From NCBI RefSeq assembly GCF_036321535.1, contig NC_087438.1:2854001-2918000 (forward strand): a stretch of DNA of 64,000 nt, read 5' to 3'. Below the pieces are notes generated by a model. That model searched no databases, was not told the DNA's origin, and saw only the letters and a list, made by a program, of their open reading frames with translations. Of this stretch, positions 24,621-34,205 are shown piece by piece (position 1 is the first letter of the stretch; each line of letters starts with the position of its first letter). Source of the stretch: Camelus dromedarius. Its lineage: Eukaryota. Position numbers and translations under genes: made by a program.

Positions 24621-26267
24621 CTCTGTCCGTGTGCAAGATTCTAACAAGGAAAGACCAGAAACACCAACTTTTGCTCTGGCCGCTGCAGAGGAGGGGGCGT
24701 GTGTAAAACCCAGCTGAAGGAGATGGGAACTCAGTGCAGCCCTCTTCAAGCTCTGCCTCAGGGGTGGATCAAAGTCGTCTTCTGTTGGGAGCTGCGTGCA
24801 TTCTCCCTTCATCTTTGGGGGCTTTCCTGCTCCAATAGTGAGTGCTACCCACATAAAGGGGAGGCCTGCTCTGAGGTACGTGAGCGTGTCTGTACGGTTA
24901 TGTCATTTCTATTGGCCATATGTTGACAGTATGTACCCGAGAGTTAGTCTTATTGGAAGAGGGTTCTACATCAATAGTTCTGGAAAACATATAAGGGAAG
25001 AGTGTTTGCAAAGGGCATGCTTCAGTGAACATGCCTTCCTAGGGCTCGTCTGTAAAAGGATTTTCAGGCACGCATTCAGCACTTGGTCTTAATTTTCTGT
25101 TGATTTCGAAGCTCTGGCAAACCACAAGCAGCTCTGTGGGCTTCCCCACCAAGCTGGTTTCCCAGATGGAGATGCAGCAGTGGATCTTATCCCAAGTCAC
25201 CATGACATGCAACAAGGAAAAAATAAAAAGAACTGTGCGGATCCCCAGAGCTTTGCACATTCGCCTAAGACACCGTTTTGGAACGTCCACGCCCTGTCTG
25301 TGATCAGAGTGATGGGTGCCAGGTACACATCACAGGAGTGGTTTTGCTCTTTTATGTCTCGCTTATATTTCCTTGTTCTTAATAAGTTTCTTTCTTTGTG
25401 AAAATTTCTCAGGTATCGAATGGAAAGAAAAATGATCAATTTTTTGACCAGACATTGTAAGTACTAATGTACAATTAATTTTTTAATGAAATTCTTATTT
25501 CTATATGTATTTTGGACTATTGATTGTCTGATCGACGTGCTATGTATCCCATCTGAGCAGCAAGACAGTTACCCGCTCACCCTAGTTGTTAGCCTCGGGC
25601 CTCCCTGTCCCAGGAATGCCCCTGTGCACAGGTAAAAACTTTTGCTTTTCTGAGATTTGAAAGGTAGCCCTGAGCTGGTCCCCAGTTCATTCAGGCAATG
25701 GCATAAGGTCCTAAAGTCTTTTGCAAAGCAGGAAAAATATCTATGACTTCCAAGGAGGCACTTTTGAAACAGTGAAGTGTTAAAATGGTCTGTAACCATC
25801 ATTTCCTCTGTAATGCAGTGCGGAGAGTTTCGCGAGCGGACCCGGTCCTCTGCAGAATGCGCCGAGCGGAGCCCTGGGCGACCTCTCAGGGTGCCCGGGG
25901 CAGTTTGGCCTCAAAGACGCACTCTCACACGTCATGTAAGTCAATAAGACTCTCAGAAACATTATGCATATAATGAGTGAAAAATAATTAAATCCATCTC
26001 AGCACAAAGGGGACTCAACAGCAGTGTATTTTAATAAAAAGTCAGCAGCTTCCACCATCTTATACCATGTTTTGCAAATTCCGGTTTTCCGTTGTGGTGT
26101 TAGATTTTCCTCAAGTGCGACACTTCTTTGTTCCTCACTACGTATCCCTTCACGTTCTCAGAGACACTCAAGAGAATCAGTTCATTATTCCTTTCAAACA
26201 GAAACGCATCATGAAGAGTGATCATTATTTTGTAATAATAGAAGCCAAATTGTCCTTGAGTTTTTAT

Positions 26268-26372
26268 CTTTCCCTTCCTTCCTTTCTTCCTTCCTCCCTC
26301 CTTCCTTCCCTTCCTTCCTTCTTTCCTTCCTTCCTCCTTTCCTTCTTTCTTTCCTTTTTTCCCCTTTCTTCC
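26268..26372. repeat. (TTCC)n/(TTTC)n polypyrimidine microsatellite
   Basis: About 100 bp consisting only of C and T on the + strand. Confidence 0.95.
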
Positions 26373-26801
26373 CAGGAATCATCCTAGGAAAAGATCCCCA
26401 AAGGATTCCAGATAAGGACCAGAGTTAGTTGTTCAACCGAGGCTGTACTGGGAGAGGCCAGTGATATTATAGCAAATAAATGTTGACAGCAACATACAGG
26501 TTCAATACTGACTCTACCTAATTACTCACTCTTGAAATCTAAAACCTTCCTAACTGAAAAAAATACTACTTTGTTCTATTATATTGGCTAAGAGTTTCCA
26601 GGCCTTTTGCCAAGAAGGTGGCAAAGGTAAAGACCATATTTGGAAAAGACAGGGATGTTGTTTGCATGTAGTGTGTTTCCAGGAAACAAAGGTTTTTCTT
26701 TTATTTCTGGGAAAATATGTGACCATCATATTGAGTCCTAAGATTTTCTCCTGTAGGGCAAACTTTTAAGTGATGTTGGATTGAAATTACGATAAAAAGA
26801 G

Positions 26802-26802
<1 letters not shown>

Positions 26803-26840
<38 letters not shown>
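26803..26840. repeat. Compound (CA)n(GA)n microsatellite
   Basis: Directly visible cacacacacacagagagaga... run. Confidence 0.95.
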
Positions 26841-27137
26841 AATTGAAGCTTTAGTGACACTTAATCAGAGAAGGAAAAGCAAACCAGTATTTACTCCTTC
26901 TCTGATTGATTTACCAGAAGAACAACCGTCAGGAACAAGAAGGTTTTCCTTTATCTTTTGCATTTTACCCATTAATTAATTTAATTTAAAAATCTTGCTT
27001 CATTTTCGCTGCCAGACGTCTGCTCCCCTGCACCCCGTCAGCAAAGCTGCATCATTTCTATGAGCCACTGTAGCTGCAGGCTATCTTGGTAACAGTCTGT
27101 GATGTTAGTAAATAAGGACAGTTTTATTTAGTCATAT

Positions 27138-28069
27138 GGATTTTAAGGCCTTCTTAATCTTTCTGTCTTTCCCTTTCTTGGCTCTCATCAGTCAAAGAAA
27201 GCACCAGGTAGAGCTGTTATCGGATACTCTATAATTTTACTGGCACCTCAAAGACTGAAATGTCTTCAGTGTATCCTGGGATGTGTAAATCTCCGTGTTT
27301 TATCTTCCAGGTTTTTACCTTTCCTTTGCTATTTCCTTGCTGGGTTAAAATCCACATGAATATGAGCTCCGGTGATTGATCTATGTGTAATACCTACACA
27401 GAGTAGCAATTAGTAAATAATCGATCATGACTCTCTTTGTACTTCCGTGATCAAATAGATGCTTGAGTGTGTGTTACCACTGAGAATCCTGTTTCCTTGT
27501 TACTTTTCGAGGAAATGTTGATGGATTTCACATATCTCAGTCTGTACAAACTAATATCCTGAGATGGCTAGTCTATTAGAAAATCTCTAACTAGTGATGT
27601 TTAGGATCTGACCTGATATGAATTAATAAGAATTCACACATTTTGAATCCAATGGAATAAAATTATTAAGAAAATGTTTTTGCTCATAAAGTTTGGTACC
27701 AATAATAGACATAAAGTAGATTGGAAAAAATAAGTGAAATTCAAAAATCCATGTCTCATAGAACATTTTATTTGATACAGATATATTAAAGCTCTGCCTT
27801 TATTTTGCATCAAAGAAACCAGGTTAATCTGAAACAGAAAACAAATACAGACATTCTATAGACTTAGCCATCTTCCCAGAGAAAATTAATATTTCAACAC
27901 CTACTCATGCTCATTTTCTTAATAAGAAGAAAGCAACCCTTGCAGTCTGAAGACGGGTGCGCCCAGCGCATGCCTCCTTACCGACTAGGCATCTGGGAAA
28001 GGGGAGACGGGGATGCTGCAGGCAACCAAGAAAGGGGAAGACAGAAAGATTAAGAAGGCCTTAAAATCC
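27138..28069. repeat. 44-bp inverted repeat pair (arms 27138-27181 and 28026-28069)
   Basis: The reverse complement of arm 1 is CCAAGAAAGGGAAAGACAGAAAGATTAAGAAGGCCTTAAAATCC. Arm 2 is CCAAGAAAGGGGAAGACAGAAAGATTAAGAAGGCCTTAAAATCC (43/44 identical). Confidence 0.95.
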
Positions 28070-29459
28070 TTAAAATCCACCTCAAGGAAGATGTATCAGA
28101 GCCCGGGTCACTGTCTTTTCGCTTCCCTTTATAATTACCCTTTCCTTCTGAGCATCTTCTGCTCTGAAACAAATGGCCCTTGTTCCATGAAATTTATATG
28201 AGTTTTACAGCAAGAAATGGCCTCTGACAGGGTTGTTTTGACCCACCCATGCCCAGCCCCGATCAGTCTGCGTCCAGCGACATGAGGGGGCTACCAGCAT
28301 CATCCACAGCCCTGTGGAGGAGCTCATGAATAATTCACACCAGGAGATATCTTTTTTCCCAATGATCACAGTGGCTTTATTTTGCTAAATAAATAATCAT
28401 TATTTTAGAATAATTACACTGTTTGGATGTTTTTCATGTGTAAACTATTGGATAAATTAACTCCTACTATATTCATGCACAGTCCCTGTTTTAAATCAAA
28501 CCACAAATGGAATGTCAGATTTAAAAAAAAAATGATTATGAGTCAACATAAAAGCGTGAAGCTGTATTGCATTCATAATTTTAAATCCTTCTTCTAACAA
28601 TATGTTGGCCTGTGGTTTTGGTAAAAGATGTAGAGAGAACTGCAGATAAAGTGAGAAATTTTCCAGAATAAAAACTCCTGTAGAAAACATATTAGAAACA
28701 TATCTCTCCACTGTAAGAGGGTTTTTTATTTGTTTGTAGCCATATTTTTCTGCCTTAAGTAATATTGATAATCCTTGCACCTAATTTAACTTTATTATTC
28801 TTTGGCGAACCACCATCCATACACCGTTACGATTAAATCCAAATAAAATATTGAGCTTATTTTACAAAATGTATGATTGTAAGCGTGGTTCTGGCACAGA
28901 CCCACAGTAACCCCGGCAAATAATTAAAACCTTATTTACCTCGTTTTCTGTATCCAATTTGTCTACAGGTACTTTTGTTATCCCAGAAAGAGCTGGTGAT
29001 TCATGATCAGCTTTATTTGAGATCTCCTGAACTTTCAGTAGGGAACTCCTTTTTTTCCTGTGTTCTATTCTTTGATTTCTTTTAAAACACAAACATTCAA
29101 GGTGTTAAAATATATATGAATTACCAAGGACCTCCACAAAGAGAATGCAGTATGTTCTTCACAGAGACCCAAAAGTATTTAGTGCGCTTTGAGGTCTAAA
29201 TAAACACACCAGGCAAAAAAAAAAAAAAAAAATACAAGGAAATAAATAAAGTATCCAGGTAGATCTTGATATTCAAGTAATCATTTCAGTGGTGGATCTT
29301 ACTTTATTTACGAAATTTCAGACTTTATTTTTAGTTGCTAATGCTGAGCTGTCTTCTGCTGGAGTCAGTTCCTCTCAGCAGGCACAGAGGTATATGTCTT
29401 CTGAGGTTCCCAGAAGCTTAACCCCATGTTCCCAGAAGGACCCCAACGTAGATGCTGGT

Positions 29460-30060
29460 CACCCCCAGTGCTCCCCATCCTCGGAAATGGCACTACCATT
29501 CACCCAAGGACTCAGGCAAAAACCTAGGATTCCTTTGTTCATCGCTCTCCCTCATCTCTTAGCTTTGGAGCCCTCAGGATGTCACCCCTACTGTTAAGGT
29601 GTATCCTGGGGTGACCGCTGCTTTCCTTTTCCACTGCTGAGTCCTCATAGGAGCCGCCATCCCCTCCCACCAGAGCAGGTCAAGGGCCAACCAGCCTTCC
29701 TGCTCCTGCCTTTGACCATTCTTGATCACCATCTCTTCAAAAGAGAAATTGTGTATTTGAATTGTACGTGCTTCAAACTCCAATGGATTTCTCTGCCATT
29801 AATCTGAGTCTGAACTCTTTAGCCAGCCCTGTCTACGACACGCTGGTCCCTGGACCACCTTTGACTGTCTTCTTTCGCTCTCTTTGCCCACTCAGCTGCA
29901 TCCTCACCCTCACGGACTGGCCTTTCCATCTTGCCTTCAGTGGCCCTTACTCTTGCTGTTCCCTGCATCTGCAGAGCTGATCCTTCAAGTGTGAGACTTC
30001 CTGCTGCTCACATGTCAAGATTCTGAGATTATATATATATTTCTTAGACAAGTCCTTGAG
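29460..30060 (+). mobile_element. L2 fragment
   Basis: CCCCATCCTCGGAAATGGCACTACCATTCACCCAAGGACTCAGGCAAAAACCTAGG is a typical L2 segment, with a pyrimidine-rich continuation. Confidence 0.6.
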
Positions 30061-30399
30061 CTCTCCTCAATATCATTCTCAGAAGAAACCACGGGGTTTG
30101 AGAGCTGATTTTCAGAATTTTCTTGTATATTCATATACAAATGTACGTGTTGATGTAAAGACAGAGATTTATTTTTTTTTAACTCAATAATTACAGTTTT
30201 ACAGAATCTTTGATAACTTACTTTTTCCATGGAGGAGATTGTCTTGGCTAGCTTTTCACCTTGGCATGTATACTTCTCTCTCTCTCTTTTCTTTTTTTTT
30301 TCACTTGCTAAATTGTATTTTCATGGTTTTCTTTTCTGTTTTTGTTTAAGCTACTTTTTTTGTTTGTTTGTTTAAAGGAATTACTGCTGATGGGTGGGG

Positions 30400-30690
30400 A
30401 ATGAGAGTTGAGGGCAATGGATGAATCCAAGACAACTGATAGATTCATCCCTTGTGAAACAGTCTGCTGCATCTTCCTTCTTCAGAGGTCATCCTTGTAC
30501 AAACTCTTCTTGTATGCAGACAGCGGTGCCCTATGAATATATCAACATACAGATTGCTGCATCCTAAGATATACAGATTTTTATTAAGTATACTGCCAAC
30601 TTCACCTCCGAAAAAACTGAGTCTGTCTACACTGTTACCAACAAAGGATGAGACCCTCTGCCTGACTCTATACATTGACGTTTAAAACTG
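30400..30690 (-). mobile_element. Ancient L1ME-like fragment
   Basis: GATTGCTGCATCCTAAGATATACAGATTTTTATTAAGTATACTGCCAACTTCACCTCCGAAAA...TACACTGTTACCAACAAAGGATGAGA matches the reverse L1 ORF2/3' segment. Confidence 0.55.
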
Positions 30691-30998
30691 TAGCCAATTT
30701 CATGGAGTGCATGGCCCTTTCATACAATTTCATGAACCCAAATAAAAAGCTTGTATCCTAAATGTCATTCCCAACATGAAGTTATCAATTTAATAATTTA
30801 GGTAACTGCCCAAGAAGAAAGAACCATGTAGTTTCTGCTCCTTTAAAAGTATTTCAGAACAACTACCCACGAAGAGGCCGGCATGAGCTACAAGGACTGC
30901 TGATGCTGGAGACGCTGCCCTGGGTCACAGTGTTCTTCATCCTCTTTGAGTCTGCCTTTGACAAACGAGTCAGTTTTTTTAATAAAGCTCCTGTATTT

Positions 30999-31028
<30 letters not shown>
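30999..31028. repeat. (TTG)10 microsatellite
   Basis: Directly visible. It explains the polyN, polyQ and polyC ORFs. Confidence 0.97.
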
Positions 31029-31033
<5 letters not shown>

Positions 31034-31266
31034 ATGCCACTGAAGCCCGCGTTCCATTGTGTGATCCATCCAGTGCTTGGTTTGTATTTACCGCAAGAGT
31101 TTCCATCCCCTGTGGTTTTGATCAGATCTTAAAATACAGATTATTGATCACTGAGCGCATCAGGGCCGTTCTTCCCCTCTTTATTCTCCTTTTAACTTGA
31201 TTTCTATAAGGTCTCTCTATCGCTTTAAGGCTTTTGAAACTCCACGCATGAAGATTCATCACTTAC

Positions 31267-31460
31267 AGTAAATGTGGCGAATACAATCCCATCTGAACAC
31301 AAAGCTGGAGCGGCGCCCTCGGGAGTCGCAGCCGTGGCGGCCCGGCTGCGCGAAGCTCTCCGGGGGGGCATAAAACTGCACGGAAGACACTTTCTCAAGG
31401 TCAGTGTCTGGAGAAGAGTTTTGTTTTATTTTCCCCCTAAATGTAACCCAATCGGAATAG
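31267..31460 (-). other. Putative first exon (probably 5' UTR) of an unidentified minus-strand gene; TSS position approximate
   Basis: Consensus donor ACT|GTAAGT (intron starts at 31266) at the edge of a CpG island. Several ATGs in different frames nearby (31475 MSQL*, 31371, 31292) and no recognisable protein. No recognisable coding exon in the 31 kb downstream. Confidence 0.55.
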
Positions 31461-31790
31461 TCAGAGTTGAGACATCGCTCCTTTAAAACCACGTCTGTGC
31501 GGCCGAGACGCGGAGCGCTGGCGCTGGCGCGGGCGGCGAGCTCCCCGGGACCCCAGGCCGGGCTGGGCCGCGGGGGCCGCCGCTGCCCCGGGAGGCGCGG
31601 GGGCGCTGCAGCCGCGCGCGCTTCTCGTGAACGTCCCGCGGGGCGCGGGGCGCGGGGGCGGCGGGGCGGGGAGGCCGCCGGCCTGTCGGGAAGAGGGCGA
31701 CCTTGTGGGGAGGCGAGAGGTGCCCCCCGCTGCGCAGCCAGACCTCCGGCTTGGGGCTGGCCTGTCAGGACAAGCAGACGGTCTCCTAGG
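31295..31790 (-). promoter_or_regulatory. CpG-island promoter
   Basis: Very high GC and CpG density, with a core at 31490-31750. GC box GGGGCGGGG 31663-31671, CCAATCGG 31448-31455, and TATA-like TTTTAAAG on the minus strand at 31481-31488. Orientation is inferred from the splice donor. Confidence 0.8.
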
Positions 31791-31958
31791 CCCCTCCTGT
31801 GTCACACACTTCATTTCTGTCATTTGGAGGAAGAATCCAGATAACGTTAATGGAAAGTACAAGACCAGCGGTCTTTACCTCACGCGTCTCTGAAGAATGC
31901 CTGATAAACAGCAGAGAATCAACAGCTGGCGCATCGGTGCGCAGCATCGAGAGGGACG

Positions 31959-32158
31959 CAGGGTCCCAGCTTTGGCGCTGTTAACCTCTGGGGCAGAGCG
32001 ACGCTCTGCCGTGAGCCCTGCGCTCCCTGCTGCAGACTGTTAACCTCTGCACAGAAGACGGCAGTGGCGCTGGTAACTGAGACAAACAAGCGTGTCTCCA
32101 AACACGGCCAGATGTCTCCGGGCTGAGGGTCGAAACTACTTTTTATTGAAACCCATTG
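31959..32158 (-). mobile_element. MER20 (hAT-Charlie non-autonomous DNA transposon), near full length
   Basis: The minus strand reads CAATGGGTTTCAA...GGAGACATCTGGCCGTGTTTGGAGACACGCTTGTTTGTCTCA...GTTAACAGCGCCAAAGCTGGGACCCTG, colinear with the MER20 consensus as I recall it. Confidence 0.75.
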
Positions 32159-33984
32159 ATGTAGACGGTTAACTTCATGATTAACTAACCTCTGCTCTGA
32201 AGTCAGAGCAAGAACCATCACATTCCAAAAAGTACTGGTGGAAGAATTTCTCAAGAACTTCAAGAAATGCATGAAATTGTACTTTGAAAATACATTGTGC
32301 TTTGGTTCTACAGAAAGCTCGATCGTGTGGTCCATTTTCTCAATTTCTTAGCGTTACAGTGACTGGATTTAATGTGGGTGTCCCACCTAGGTTCTGGATA
32401 ATACAGGTGCTTAGCTTAGGGGCTCAGTAAGTACAACATTATCCCCCAGATCATCTCTAAGTAAACTGTACAGCTGTCAGAAAAAAACAAAAAGGTGTCA
32501 GGAAATCCTAAAAAAAAAACTAAGATTTTTAAACCACACTCTTGGCTTGTATTTTTTAAGTCGCGATTGTTAGTTCCTGGAGCCCGTGACTGCCCTGAGT
32601 CGCAGGGGCTCACTGTGCCTGCTTGCGACGGTAGACGGCCACCTCCCAGTAACACGGTTTCTGCTCTTTTTTCCCCCGTTGCTTATTATTTTAGTTTCTG
32701 TTGTTTTAACATAAACCTAATGGTAATATTACATGACTGTTATTTTAGAATCATTGTATCCACAAACTTTTAGAGTAATTTTCTCTATCACAAATATGAC
32801 AAGCAACTCTTAAGACCTACAGAAACCAGCATTACAGGGAGATAAAAAGAAACACTCATTATAAAGGGGAAAAAAGTTTAAAAAAAGAAAAATTGTGTTA
32901 AGACTGAAAAATGGAAGTCCTGGGTAACAGGGGAATGTATGTGGTCAATCTCCCCGCCAAGGAAGGGTTCAGGATTCACAGGAAAATAAGGAGTCATTGT
33001 TCATTTCTCGCACAATATGGTTCGTTCTGTTCCTTAAAACAAAAGCATTTCAAATTCATTCGTAAAAACATTCACAGAAAGAAAACTCTGAATGTTGTTT
33101 TTGGAATAAGAAAGACGATCCCCTCGGGCTCATTAAATCATCAGTGCTGGATTCAGTGCGTTCTTGTCACCAGGATCGGAACACCTGACAAGCCAGTGTC
33201 AGGCTCAAGGTGTCCAGCCCGCCGGACAGAAAGAGACCCAGGTTTCCCCCTTCCTTTTCCTCCTCTCCTGCCCCTCCTCTGCCCCCACCTCTTTTTCTCT
33301 CCAGTTCTCATGGCTACATGGTGACCACTGTGTATTACATTTTTTTTTTCCTGTGTAAAAACTGTGCTTCACTTAACTTAAGAAAGTGCATCAAAGCCCC
33401 TCTTACAGCCTGGTCATATGAGCCGGTGGGAGTCAGTGGGGTCCATCCTTGACTCCCCTTCAAGCACGTGGACACAAGGATGCAGCCAGTGTGAGGGGCA
33501 CAGGTGGCCAGCGGGGACGGCTGTGGCTGGCTCCTCACTCTTACAGGGCCTAGACGGATACCGTCTTTATGTCTCAGCAGTTCATTTGTTTTCTTACCCA
33601 TAAATTGGTATAGAATAGTCGTTACCTTCCACAGCCAGTGCGAAATTTAATTTATATGTTTGTAAGGATGAAGGCGAGGATCTATGCTGCTATCATCAGA
33701 ATCACATATTTCACTGTTTACTTTTTGGCAAGTGTCATGTAAGTCATTACAGAAAGGTATTATGGTCTCCATTTTTAAAAGCTGATAAAGCAAAACATTA
33801 AAGTGATTTACTTTATCAGTGTCATGCTGACATAATATTTTTAAATAATAACATCATACAAATAAATGCTGCGCTAACACATTTTTTAAAAAACTAAGCA
33901 AATCGATTATCTACTTAAAATTTAATTTTTATGATATAATTCAGCTTCAGATGATTTTCCAAAGTTCCTAATGTTACAGTTACA

Positions 33985-34205
33985 AAGAAGGCAAATTCTG
34001 GAGCCCAACGGCTTGCATTCAAAGTCTGTCTCCAGTGTTTACCAGCCCATAACCCATCTCTCCATGCCTCAGTTTCCTCACCTCCCAATTGGTAATAAGG
34101 GTAGTAAATACTTCATATAGTTGCTGTGAGAATTAAATGAGTTGATCTGTCTAAGGCGTCTGGGCTACTGTTTGACACACAGACACTCAACACATGTGAG
34201 CTCTG
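33985..34205 (+). mobile_element. MIR
   Basis: CTCTCCATGCCTCAGTTTCCTCACCT...TTGCTGTGAGAATTAAATGAG is the classic MIR core. Confidence 0.85.

Noticed and set aside
27138..28069. Non-autonomous DNA transposon (MITE) explanation for the inverted repeat
   Set aside because: There is no TA or 8-bp target-site duplication and the termini are unlike the Tc1/mariner or hAT ends I know. It cannot be fully excluded without a copy-number search.
30863..31200. PolyQ, polyN and polyC ORFs
   Set aside because: All are readings of the (TTG)10 microsatellite.
31267..31790. Assigning a gene symbol (the layout loosely reminded me of the distal promoter of SORBS2)
   Set aside because: There is no coding sequence to confirm it and many large genes share this architecture. 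It is only an impression and needs BLAST.
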